From Candidatus Omnitrophota bacterium (GTDB taxonomy: Bacteria > Omnitrophota > Gorgyraeia > Zapsychrales > Fredricksoniimonadaceae): 64,000 bases of DNA. The notes beneath the pieces are model-generated. The model made no database searches, was not told where the DNA came from, and saw only the letters and a program-made list of their open reading frames with translations. Below, one piece after another: positions 9,150-18,320 of this stretch (positions are counted from its first letter, which is position 1; each line of letters begins with the position of its first letter). Position numbers and translations under genes: made by a program. Location: NCBI GenBank assembly GCA_013285735.1, contig JABDGZ010000002.1:81621-145620 (forward strand). The letters run 5' to 3'.

Positions 9150-10154
9150 CTAATCTTTATAGCGCAAAAGCTGCCCGCGAGGTGGGTCACAGACCCAAAT
9201 ATTATTTTGATCATCGCTGACAACACAATGAGATTTTATATCCGCTTGGGCTTTGCCCAACAAAGACAATTGGCCTTGGGCTGATACACCTAAAACTGAA
9301 AGGGTGGCATTCTTGGAACTGGTAAAATACAAGTGTGCAAGCTTAGGGTTATAACTTATCACATCAGGCCCAGGATCAGTTGTTAAATTACTTATTTCTT
9401 TATTACCATGGTTTAAATCAAAAACCAAGGCACGGCCCTCAGCACAACTAACAAAAAGAAATCCTTTTTGTTCATCCAAAGCATCCCCACGCGATTTTGT
9501 ACATTCATTAGGCCACGTACCAATAACAATATGAGATTTTAGATCAATCATCGCGGCATTGGCTCCTAGATTCGTATAGGCATGCCCTCGGAGATGATCG
9601 ATCATCAAAGATTCTGGACCTTTGGGAACAGGAATAAGCACCGTCGCTTTCAGCATTGGATGTTCTCCACCTGTAAACCTAAAAACCTCGATCTGTTTAT
9701 TATGCGGCTCAGTGACCCAAACTTCATGATTGACACCGATATAGCGGACATAATCAGCATCTCCTGCTAAATCCGCGTTAGCCACTATTGATCCTGTTTT
9801 AAGATCCACCGCATCAAGTTCCTTGTTTCCATGATCCGCAACAAATATAAAAGCTTCCCCCTCATCCGCTGAGGAAATGCCAACCTCATGCCCCTTTTGC
9901 ATTTCAGCGCTCGAACTAAATCCACCGATACTCGACATTGCAAAATTCACCGGATCGATCAAATATAATTTTCCTGTGTGCCCCGCAGGGACTAACACTT
10001 TATGCAACTCTGAAGAATATACCAAATCATCAAAACCAATGCCCCCTTCACCACCAGGAATGGCAACAACCGTGGATTGTAAAGATGAGTCAGAAGATTG
10101 AGCGAAAACTGGATTAGCTATTGCTGTGAATATAAAAATTAAAAAGAATAACAT
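9150..10154 (-). CDS. Secreted beta-propeller repeat protein (334 aa), function unknown
   Basis: Signal peptide MLFFLIFIFTAIANPVFAQ. Repeated ~40-aa units with hydrophobic strands and D/G turns, resembling YVTN or lactonase-type propellers. Confidence 0.5.
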   Translation of the reverse strand: MLFFLIFIFTAIANPVFAQSSDSSLQSTVVAIPGGEGGIGFDDLVYSSELHKVLVPAGHTGKLYLIDPVNFAMSSIGGFSSSAEMQKGHEVGISSADEGEAFIFVADHGNKELDAVDLKTGSIVANADLAGDADYVRYIGVNHEVWVTEPHNKQIEVFRFTGGEHPMLKATVLIPVPKGPESLMIDHLRGHAYTNLGANAAMIDLKSHIVIGTWPNECTKSRGDALDEQKGFLFVSCAEGRALVFDLNHGNKEISNLTTDPGPDVISYNPKLAHLYFTSSKNATLSVLGVSAQGQLSLLGKAQADIKSHCVVSDDQNNIWVCDPPRGQLLRYKD

Positions 10155-10173
10155 ATTTATTCCCCCTCCCGAA

Positions 10174-10194
10174 CCCTCCCCACCAGGGGGAGGG
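10174..10194 (-). other. GC-rich hairpin between kdpE and the propeller gene, directly 5' of a G-rich Shine-Dalgarno
   Basis: The minus strand reads CCCTCCCC-CTGGT-GGGGAGGG, then TTC-GGGAGGGGGA-ATAAAT-ATG (start at 10154). No T tract follows. Confidence 0.6.
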
Positions 10195-10205
10195 AATATA
10201 ATCCT

Positions 10206-10892
10206 CTAAAGTAGGTTAAACCTATACCCGATACCAGGTTCATTGATGATACGCTTAGGGCTTGACGGATTGTCTTCGATTTTCTGACGCAGGTGATTTA
10301 AATAGACCCGTACAGAATTAGCTTTCTCTTCGTTTTCCGTTCCCCAAACTTCCCTTAAAATTTGCCGCATCGTTAAAACCCGCCCAGCATTTTTAATCAA
10401 CGATGTTAATAATCCGTATTCAATGGCAGTCAACTTAAGCGCTTTACTATGCAACAACACGGTACGGGTATTAAACTCAACATGTAATCCCGCATTATCA
10501 AAAACCTCATTTATAAGCCCTGGCGTCGTCTTTCGCCGTAACACGGCTGCGAGCCGTGCGGTCAACTCAGAAGCAGAAAATGGCTTGGTGATATAGTCGT
10601 CTGCGCCGCTTTCCAAACATTTGACCTTTATTTCTTCTTGCCCTCGGACAGAAACCATAATGACAGCCACGTCGCTAAATTCCCTAATGCGCACAAGCAC
10701 ATCAAAGCCTTCCATATCCGGCAAGCCCATGTCAAGCAGCACCGCTTGGGGTTTTTTGTAGACGAGCTCGGCTAATCCTTTTTCACCGCTAGCAGCACTA
10801 ACGACTTCATAGCCGGCATGAGTCAAGATCACTCCCAACATCTTCTGGATCTGCGGCTCATCATCAATGACAAGAACAATTCCCTTGGACAT
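10206..10892 (-). CDS. kdpE: OmpR-family response regulator KdpE
   Basis: REC domain (VLVIDDEPQI...LLDMGLPDMEG...KP) plus a winged-helix output domain (...VYLNHLRQKIE...GIGYRF). Located immediately downstream of kdpD. Confidence 0.9.
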   Translation of the reverse strand: MSKGIVLVIDDEPQIQKMLGVILTHAGYEVVSAASGEKGLAELVYKKPQAVLLDMGLPDMEGFDVLVRIREFSDVAVIMVSVRGQEEIKVKCLESGADDYITKPFSASELTARLAAVLRRKTTPGLINEVFDNAGLHVEFNTRTVLLHSKALKLTAIEYGLLTSLIKNAGRVLTMRQILREVWGTENEEKANSVRVYLNHLRQKIEDNPSSPKRIINEPGIGYRFNLL

Positions 10893-10900
10893 ATTAGAAT

Positions 10901-13543
10901 CTATTCTTTTTCTGCCATTGGTAAGGTTATCGTTACCATGAATCCTTTAGGAGACAAATTTTCTGCTTCCACATCACCTTCATTCAATTGCACAAAGCGA
11001 CGGGCGATGGAAAGACCTAAACCCAAACCGCCTTTTTTAGTTTTTGCTCCTCGATAAAATTTATCAAAGATCTTGGCCAACGTTTCTTTCGGGATACCTT
11101 CTCCCTGATCGATCACACTGATCCTGATTTTTTGATCCATGATACGGACATTAATATCGATCTCTTCGCCTTCAGGGCCATGCACTAAAGCGTTATGGAT
11201 AATATTCTTCAACGATTGTGTGATCATATAAAAATCCGCGTTCACGTACAACGGGCCTTGAGGACAATCCAGGTGAATGCGTTTTTCATCTCCCTGAGGA
11301 GCAACCTGCTTGAGTGCTTGGTTAATGATATCCTTGACTTCGCACCAGGCAAAATTAGGGCTCAAATTTCCTGTATCTAATTTTGTCAAATCCAGCACCG
11401 CGTCAACCCCGCTGGTCAAACGCAAACAAGCTAAACGGCATTCTTCCAAAAGCTCCATGGCATCTTTAGGCCATTGATGAAATAAAACCAAGGCATCCAG
11501 ATAACCAGAAATAATCGTCAACGGCGTCTTTAATTCATGCGATAAATTATCGAGCAAGGCACTCTGTAAATTTTGCGTGTCTTCCTTCATTTTGGCTTCA
11601 CGCGACATTTTTAACAATTGGTCTTTTTCTAACATCACTGTCATGAGCGCTGTGAATGATTCTAATAATGTCCGTTGAGCCAGATCCAAAGGTTTTTCAT
11701 CTGAAAGATTAATGACCAACACAGCCCTGACCTGTCCCGACGACATTAATGGCAAATACATTAAAGGCTGCTGCGACAAGGTATCAGAAAAACGTCCTGC
11801 GGCTTTCTTGTTAGCAACCACCCATTGGACCAAACCTTTTTGATTATCATTCATTTCTATAGAGTCCCCCAGAGGATTCTCAAAAAGGGGATGTTCATTT
11901 TCATCAACCATCAAAACACTGCTGTTGCCCGGCACCAGCAAATTGATTTGTTGGGTGGCTACCCGCATCGCTTGTGAAATATCCGTACTGAGAGCCAAGG
12001 CACGGGTTAATTCGTACAAGGATTCCGAACGCAACCGTTGTTTCTGTTCAACTTCTTTTTGACGACGTAATTTAGAAGTGACAAACCCCATCATCAGGGC
12101 AGTTATAAAAAACATCCCTAATAAGCCCATATCGTAACTACTTTTAAAACCAAAAGTATATTGCGGGGGTATAAATAAGAAATCCCATGCCAAAGCACTT
12201 AATGCTGCCAGCATAAAGGCAGCACCTCTTCCTAAAAAAACCCCGCTTAAAACAACAGTCAGCAAATACATCAGCCCTGTATGGTGGTATCCAGCCCATT
12301 GATACAGAAATAAGTTCACGATAGTAGCTATGGCGAACATCAAAATACTTAATCCATATTCATGGGGCCTGAGTTTTGATAAAGATTCTTTCGGCTTATC
12401 CGGAAAACTCTTATCTGCCGACGATATACGCACCATGTGCACATCTATCTGCCCGCTTAAAGATACTAATCGATCCGCCAATGTCGGAATTCCCAGGAAT
12501 CGCTGCCAATTTTTCTCAACAGATTTTCCAACAATGATTTGAGTGACATTTTCTTTATGCGCCACCGCAATAATCACCTGAGCTAAATCATCCCCCACCT
12601 GATGAATGATCTCTGCCCCCAGCTGACGGGCAAGGCTCAGATTCTTCATCAAACGTTCTTTATGTTCCTCGGAAAGTGATGCAGATCCTTCCACGTGCAG
12701 GGCGATCCATGAAGCATCCAGCATGCCTGCCCAGCGACGGGTCATACGGATCAACGACTCTGAAAATGGCGTTATCCCGACTGCAACTAAAATACGTTCA
12801 CCGCTTCGGGTTGGACCTGAAAGACCTTTAGCTAACATAAGAGACCGCAAATTCCTGTTCACATGGGCGGTGGTCAAACGCAGGGCCATCTCTCTTAAAG
12901 CTGTTAAATTTTCCGTTTTAAAAAAATTAGTAGTCGCGGCTTGGGCCTGGGCTGGGACGTACACCTTGCCTTCTGCGAGGCGTTGATGCAAGGCTTGGGG
13001 AGATAAATCAACCAAGGTTATTTCAGAGGCTTCATCAAGAATGGTATCAGGAACTGTTTCTCCGACGACCACACGGGTCACCGCTAAAATATCTTCCCGG
13101 CGGCTGTCCACATGCTGTACATTAAGGGTGGTGAAAACATCAATATCTGCAGAAAGTAATTCTAAAACATCCTGGTAACGTTTAGGATGCCGGCTGCCGG
13201 GGGCATTGGTATGGGCGAGTTCATCAACTAAAACTAACTGGGGACGGCGTTTGAGGATTTCATCAATATCCATTTCCTCAAGGGCTATGCCGCGATAATC
13301 AACTTTTTTAAGAGGAACCAACTCCAAGCCTTCCAACAGGGCTTGGGTTTCAGTACGGCCATGGGTGCAGACGACACCTACCAACACCCTAAAGCCTTCG
13401 TTCTGACGCTGGCGTGCCTCCTGGAGCATGGCATAGGTCTTACCAACACCAGGTGCCATACCAAAAAAAATCTTCAGCTTGCCGCGGTGATTGTCTTCGG
13501 CCTTTACTCTTGCGAGAATTGCATCCGGATCGGGTCTTTCCAT
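10901..13543 (-). CDS. kdpD: Sensor histidine kinase KdpD (880 aa)
   Basis: N-terminal KdpD domain with GMAPGVGKTY, a USP-like region, four TM helices, a GAF-like region, an H-box (LSHELKTPLT) and an HATPase domain (GLGLSIARRF). Confidence 0.92.
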   Translation of the reverse strand: MERPDPDAILARVKAEDNHRGKLKIFFGMAPGVGKTYAMLQEARQRQNEGFRVLVGVVCTHGRTETQALLEGLELVPLKKVDYRGIALEEMDIDEILKRRPQLVLVDELAHTNAPGSRHPKRYQDVLELLSADIDVFTTLNVQHVDSRREDILAVTRVVVGETVPDTILDEASEITLVDLSPQALHQRLAEGKVYVPAQAQAATTNFFKTENLTALREMALRLTTAHVNRNLRSLMLAKGLSGPTRSGERILVAVGITPFSESLIRMTRRWAGMLDASWIALHVEGSASLSEEHKERLMKNLSLARQLGAEIIHQVGDDLAQVIIAVAHKENVTQIIVGKSVEKNWQRFLGIPTLADRLVSLSGQIDVHMVRISSADKSFPDKPKESLSKLRPHEYGLSILMFAIATIVNLFLYQWAGYHHTGLMYLLTVVLSGVFLGRGAAFMLAALSALAWDFLFIPPQYTFGFKSSYDMGLLGMFFITALMMGFVTSKLRRQKEVEQKQRLRSESLYELTRALALSTDISQAMRVATQQINLLVPGNSSVLMVDENEHPLFENPLGDSIEMNDNQKGLVQWVVANKKAAGRFSDTLSQQPLMYLPLMSSGQVRAVLVINLSDEKPLDLAQRTLLESFTALMTVMLEKDQLLKMSREAKMKEDTQNLQSALLDNLSHELKTPLTIISGYLDALVLFHQWPKDAMELLEECRLACLRLTSGVDAVLDLTKLDTGNLSPNFAWCEVKDIINQALKQVAPQGDEKRIHLDCPQGPLYVNADFYMITQSLKNIIHNALVHGPEGEEIDINVRIMDQKIRISVIDQGEGIPKETLAKIFDKFYRGAKTKKGGLGLGLSIARRFVQLNEGDVEAENLSPKGFMVTITLPMAEKE

Positions 13544-13578
13544 GCCTTCTATCTTACTTCATTTGAAGACATCTGCCA

Positions 13579-14157
13579 TTATTTTTTATATTGATCTAAG
13601 GCGAGGTTAACTTGCAAAACATTCACTACTGGTTCTCCAAGAAATCCTAAAAATCGACCTTGGGTGTTTTGATTGACAATTTGTTTGACCACATCCGTTG
13701 TTAATCCACGCACACGTGCAACACGGACTAGTTGATACTGTGCGGCTGCTAAGCTGATATGCGGGTCTAGACCACTGCCTGAGGAAGTTACTAAATCTAC
13801 AGGGATTGGATCATTGTTACCTGGATCAGCAGCTTTTAAAGCAGCAACTCTCCCTTTCACCTCATCTAATAAAGCAGGATTTGAAGGGCCTAAATTTGAA
13901 CCTGAAGAAGCTGAAGCATTGTAAGCAGGACTCGTCGCTGAAATTCTGCTCCAGAAGTATTTCGGATCATCGAAGTTTTGGCCGATCAATGATGAACCTA
14001 AAATCTTGCCATCTCCGGAAACGATCAAGCTGCCTTCAGCCTGCTTATGGAATAATGTCTGAGCAACGCCGGTCACAAAAAGCGGGTAAAGAACTCCGGT
14101 GAGTGCCGATAATAAAACAAACGAAACGATGGCGGGTCTGATTTGTGCGAGTAACAT
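13579..14157 (-). CDS. kdpC: Potassium-transporting ATPase subunit KdpC
   Basis: 192 aa with a single N-terminal TM helix. Motifs ...[25 protein letters not shown]...[13 protein letters not shown].... Confidence 0.92.
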   Translation of the reverse strand: MLLAQIRPAIVSFVLLSALTGVLYPLFVTGVAQTLFHKQAEGSLIVSGDGKILGSSLIGQNFDDPKYFWSRISATSPAYNASASSGSNLGPSNPALLDEVKGRVAALKAADPGNNDPIPVDLVTSSGSGLDPHISLAAAQYQLVRVARVRGLTTDVVKQIVNQNTQGRFLGFLGEPVVNVLQVNLALDQYKK

Positions 14158-14169
14158 TGTTATCTCCTT

Positions 14170-16248
14170 TTATACTAAATGTAAAGCTACTAAGATCATG
14201 TCGATCAATTTGATTCCGATAAACGGAGTAATGATACCTCCAACGCCATAAATCAATAAATTATCACGCAAAAGACGTGTAGCCGCCATTGGTCTATACG
14301 GAACACCAAACAAGGATAAAGGAATAAGAAAGATAATGATCAACGCATTAAAAATAACCGCAGAAAGAATTGCACTTTGCGGTGTGGCTAAATGCATAAT
14401 ATTTAATGCCCCTAGCGCTGGATACGTCCCTACAAATGCCGCCGGAATAATCGCAAAATACTTGGAAACGTCATTAGCAATACTGAAGGTCGTCAAAGAA
14501 CCTCTTGTGATCAAAAGCTGCTTGCCGATCTTGACCACCTCAATTAATTTGGTGGGATTAGAATCCAAATCCACCATGTTCCCTGCTTCCTTGGCTGCTT
14601 GTGTTCCTGTATTCATGGCAACAGCCACATCTGCTTGAGCCAAGGCAGGAGCATCATTTGTCCCGTCGCCGGTCATAGCCACCAGCCGGCCGCCGGTTTG
14701 CATATCACGGATCAATTTTAATTTTGTTTCAGGTGTGGCCTGTGCTAGAAAATCATCCATCCCTGCTTCCGCAGCAATGGCCGCGGCTGTTAAAGGATTA
14801 TCCCCTGTGATCATAATCGTTTTAATTCCCATACGACGTAATTCTGCAAAACGCTCCTTGATGCCGCCTTTAACAATATCTTTTAATTGAATGACCCCTA
14901 GAACATTCTTATCTTCTGCCACCACCAAAGGTGTGCCGCCGCTCTTGGAAATTGTCTCAATCGATGACTTAAGATCGTCGGGAAAAAGACCGCCGGCTTT
15001 TCTAACATAACCTTCGATAGCATCAACCGAGCCTTTTCTAATTTGACGGTTTCCTGCCAAATCTACCCCGCTCATTCTGGTTTGCGCAGTAAACGGGATA
15101 AACTTTGCTTCCAATTCCTTGGTCTGCCTCTCTCTAATGCCATATTTTTCTTTGGCTAAGACAACGATGCTGCGGCCTTCAGGTGTTTCATCAGAAAGGG
15201 AAGATAATTGAGCAGCGTCAGCCAGGGTCTCAACACTGACTCCTTTTGTCGGAATAAAAGCCACTGCCTGCCTGTTCCCCAAGGTGATCGTACCTGTTTT
15301 ATCAAGTAACAATACATCAACATCCCCTGCAGCTTCAACAGCGCGTCCCGAGGTGGCAATGACATTAGCCTGGATCATACGGTCCATGCCGGCAATTCCA
15401 ATAGCCGGCAATAAACCGCCGATCGTCGTTGGAATAAGGCAAACCAGCAAGGCAACTAGAGCTGTAACAGTAATGACAGTTCCTTTTCCCGCGGCCGCAA
15501 CGCTAAAAATAGAAAACGGTAAAAGGGTCACCACGACTAAAAGAAAAATGATCGTAAAAACTACCAGTAAAATGCTAAGTGCTATTTCATTAGGCGTTTT
15601 TTGACGACGAGCACCTTCAACCATGGCGATCATATGGTCCAGGAATGTTTCTCCTGGGTTAGCTGAAATGCGAACAACAAGCCAATCAGAAAGGACGCGC
15701 GTTCCGCCGGTGACAGCAGAACGGTCCCCGCCGCTTTCACGGATAACCGGAGCACTTTCCCCTGTAATAGCACTTTCATCGACAGAGGCAACTCCTTCAA
15801 CGACCTCGCCATCCATAGGGATATAATCACCGTGTTCAACAAAAACAACGTCACCCTTGCGCAAGGTTGTCGCTGAAACAGTTTCATAATTGGAACCATA
15901 AACAGGCTTTGACATTTTTTTAGCTGGCGTATCCTTACGAGCTTTACGCAAACTCTCCGCCTGAGCTTTACCGCGTCCTTCAGCCATGCTTTCCGCAAAA
16001 TTAGCGAACACGATCGTAAACCACAGCCATAATGAAATGGCCAGGATAAAACCAGCACCTGTCTCACCATGGCCTACGAGAGCTTGAAAATACAAGCCTG
16101 TCGTCAATACGCTGCCGACCAAAACTACAAACATCACAGGATTTTTGATCTGATGCCTGGGATCTAGTTTTTGAAATGAGCCAATAATGGCTGGCCCTAA
16201 TATCGAAGGCTCAAATAGCGATGTTACTTTATTATGTGTCTTTTTCAT
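14170..16248 (-). CDS. kdpB: Potassium-transporting P-type ATPase subunit KdpB
   Basis: DKTGTIT phosphorylation motif and [21 protein letters not shown] hinge. 692 aa. Confidence 0.95.
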   Translation of the reverse strand: MKKTHNKVTSLFEPSILGPAIIGSFQKLDPRHQIKNPVMFVVLVGSVLTTGLYFQALVGHGETGAGFILAISLWLWFTIVFANFAESMAEGRGKAQAESLRKARKDTPAKKMSKPVYGSNYETVSATTLRKGDVVFVEHGDYIPMDGEVVEGVASVDESAITGESAPVIRESGGDRSAVTGGTRVLSDWLVVRISANPGETFLDHMIAMVEGARRQKTPNEIALSILLVVFTIIFLLVVVTLLPFSIFSVAAAGKGTVITVTALVALLVCLIPTTIGGLLPAIGIAGMDRMIQANVIATSGRAVEAAGDVDVLLLDKTGTITLGNRQAVAFIPTKGVSVETLADAAQLSSLSDETPEGRSIVVLAKEKYGIRERQTKELEAKFIPFTAQTRMSGVDLAGNRQIRKGSVDAIEGYVRKAGGLFPDDLKSSIETISKSGGTPLVVAEDKNVLGVIQLKDIVKGGIKERFAELRRMGIKTIMITGDNPLTAAAIAAEAGMDDFLAQATPETKLKLIRDMQTGGRLVAMTGDGTNDAPALAQADVAVAMNTGTQAAKEAGNMVDLDSNPTKLIEVVKIGKQLLITRGSLTTFSIANDVSKYFAIIPAAFVGTYPALGALNIMHLATPQSAILSAVIFNALIIIFLIPLSLFGVPYRPMAATRLLRDNLLIYGVGGIITPFIGIKLIDMILVALHLV

Positions 16249-17990
16249 ATATTCCTCATCATTAAATGTTCAACAATGGGCCCTAAAGCCAACGCTGGAA
16301 AGAATACCAAGGCTCCTATGACTAAAACCACCATAACCAAAAAGAAAACAAACAACGGCGTATGTGTCGGTAAGGTTCCTTGGGTTGTAGGTATAATTTT
16401 CTTAGCTGATAAAGACCCTGCAATAGCCAGCATGGGGATTGCCAGCCAATAGCGGCCAAAAAACATCGAAATCGCTGTAGCTACATTATAAAAAACCGTG
16501 TTCGCACTGATACCACCAAAGGCACTCCCGTTATTGCCTGCTGCGGATGAAAACGCATAAAGAATTTCACTGAAACCATGCGGGCCAGGATTAGAAATCC
16601 CTGCTTTTCCTGCAACAGTAAGTACGGCAATAGCTGTCGGTAACAAAATAAACATATGCGGAATGACAGCAACCAGGGAAGCCATTTTCATTTCAAAGAC
16701 CTCAATTTTCTTGCCTAAATATTCCGGTGTACGGCCGATCATAAGGCCGGCTATAAAAACTGCCACAATGATAAATCCAATCATGCCGTACAGCCCGCAG
16801 CCGACACCGCCAAAATCAACTTCTCCTATTTGTATAAGCCACATGGGTATCATGCCGGACAAAGGCATAAAAGAGTCATGCATGCAATTGACCGATCCAT
16901 TGGCAATAGCTGTTGTCGTAACAGCCCAAATGGCTGAATTAGCAATACCAAAACGAGCCTCTTTACCTTCCATATTCCCACCAGGTTGGAAAGCAGTAGC
17001 ACCTTGGTCCACCCCTATTTTAGTCAACAAAGGATTACCTTGTTGTTCGATCTGAATACCAAACCAAAGACAGGGGAGAAAAATAATCAACATGGCTGCT
17101 AAAATTGCCCAGCCTTGGCGACGGTCTTTGACCATATAACCAAAGGTATAGCACAATCCAATGGGGATTAGAAAAATGGCCAGCATTTCTAAGAAATTAG
17201 ATAACGGTGTTGGATTTTCAAACGGATGAGCAGAGTTGACATTATAAAATCCGCCACCGTTGCTGCCTAATTGCTTAATAGATATTTGGGAAGCCACAGG
17301 TCCTAAAGCAATGTCCTGTTCAGTAACCGGCTTTCCATTACTGTCCTTCTCCGTTTGTAGATATGTTGCCGCGGCACTTTTACTAAAAGTCTGAGGTATT
17401 CCTTGAGAAACAAAAAGAACGGCAAAAATAATTGATAAAGGCAGCAAGATATAAAGAACTGTCCTGACCATATCCACCCAAAAGTTACCGATGGTGTTCA
17501 TCTGCTTTTGAACAAATCCCCTGGTTAATGCGATCAAGATAGCCATCCCTGTTGCCGCGGAAACAAAGTTCTGAACGACCAAAGCCACCATTTGAGTCAA
17601 ATAAGACATGGTGCTTTCCCCGCCATAGCCTTGCCAATTGGTATTGGAGGCGAAACTTATCGCTGTATTAAACGACGAGTCCGGAGATACTGCGGGCATG
17701 GCCATGGGATTTAAAGGTAGGCTGGCTTGAAAGCGCTGGAAACCATAAACGACCAAAGCTCCTAAAATATTAAATAAGATCATGGCAAAGGCATAGGTTT
17801 TCCAGGACATACCTTCTTCTGGTTTTACACCGCAAAGGCGATAAAACAATCTTTCTACTGGAGCAAACCACACATTTAAACCCGCGGGGCTTCCCTCATA
17901 TATACGGGCCATGTAGGCACCAAACGGTTTCACCGTTAAGAGTACTACTACAATAAAAAAAGCAGCTTGAATAAAGTCATTGAGGCTCAT
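16245..17990 (-). CDS. kdpA: Potassium-transporting ATPase subunit KdpA
   Basis: 581-aa polytopic membrane protein with selectivity-filter-like motifs (NTNWQ.Y.GE, GSNGGG). It overlaps the kdpB start by 4 nt. Confidence 0.93.
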   Translation of the reverse strand: MSLNDFIQAAFFIVVVLLTVKPFGAYMARIYEGSPAGLNVWFAPVERLFYRLCGVKPEEGMSWKTYAFAMILFNILGALVVYGFQRFQASLPLNPMAMPAVSPDSSFNTAISFASNTNWQGYGGESTMSYLTQMVALVVQNFVSAATGMAILIALTRGFVQKQMNTIGNFWVDMVRTVLYILLPLSIIFAVLFVSQGIPQTFSKSAAATYLQTEKDSNGKPVTEQDIALGPVASQISIKQLGSNGGGFYNVNSAHPFENPTPLSNFLEMLAIFLIPIGLCYTFGYMVKDRRQGWAILAAMLIIFLPCLWFGIQIEQQGNPLLTKIGVDQGATAFQPGGNMEGKEARFGIANSAIWAVTTTAIANGSVNCMHDSFMPLSGMIPMWLIQIGEVDFGGVGCGLYGMIGFIIVAVFIAGLMIGRTPEYLGKKIEVFEMKMASLVAVIPHMFILLPTAIAVLTVAGKAGISNPGPHGFSEILYAFSSAAGNNGSAFGGISANTVFYNVATAISMFFGRYWLAIPMLAIAGSLSAKKIIPTTQGTLPTHTPLFVFFLVMVVLVIGALVFFPALALGPIVEHLMMRNI

Positions 17991-18079
17991 TAGAATATCT
18001 CCGGTTTAAGCAAAGCTATTAAAAGATAAACAAACAAGACAAATGCAGTAATCCCACCGATCCAATAAATGGCCAACAT
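17990..18079 (-). CDS. kdpF: KdpF small subunit (29 aa), not in the ORF track
   Basis: Manual translation gives MLAIYWIGGITAFVLFVYLLIALLKPEIF. The SD is AGGAAGGAG 6 nt upstream. Its TAA overlaps the kdpA ATG (TAATG). Confidence 0.8.
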   Translation of the reverse strand: MLAIYWIGGITAFVLFVYLLIALLKPEIF

Positions 18080-18091
18080 AAATACTCCTTC

Positions 18092-18175
18092 CTATACTTT
18101 TGAACACAAAACAATAAAAGCCCAAGAAATAAGCCCAAATAAAATTGTGAGACCGATATACATAAGATCCAACAT
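18092..18175 (-). CDS. Second small hydrophobic peptide (27 aa) upstream of kdpF
   Basis: Manual translation gives MLDLMYIGLTILFGLISWAFIVLCSKV, preceded by GAAAGGGGAG-ATATTT-ATG. It ends 12 nt before the kdpF start. Confidence 0.45.
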   Translation of the reverse strand: MLDLMYIGLTILFGLISWAFIVLCSKV

Positions 18176-18209
18176 AAATATCTCCCCTTTCAGTTACACA
18201 CTAAAAAAT

Positions 18210-18238
18210 AGTTTACCACCTACCCTGATTTTACCTAA
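18210..18238 (-). promoter_or_regulatory. Candidate kdp promoter (extended -10)
   Basis: The minus strand reads TGGTAAACT (extended -10; TAAACT at 18210-18215) with a weak -35 TTAGGT 17 nt upstream, as expected for an activator-dependent promoter. Confidence 0.35.
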
Positions 18239-18254
18239 TTAAAAGAAGGCTTTA

Positions 18255-18308
18255 GGGTATTAAAAAAGTATTAAAATAGCTTAAAGGATGGGCTGTAGGG
18301 TATTAAAG
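18255..18308 (-). promoter_or_regulatory. Three direct repeats TTTAATAC(C/T), candidate KdpE boxes
   Basis: Plus-strand gtattaaa occurs at 18257, 18268 and 18300, giving spacings of 11 and 32 bp. The repeats lie just upstream of the candidate -35. Confidence 0.35.
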
Positions 18309-18320
18309 GATAAAATTACA

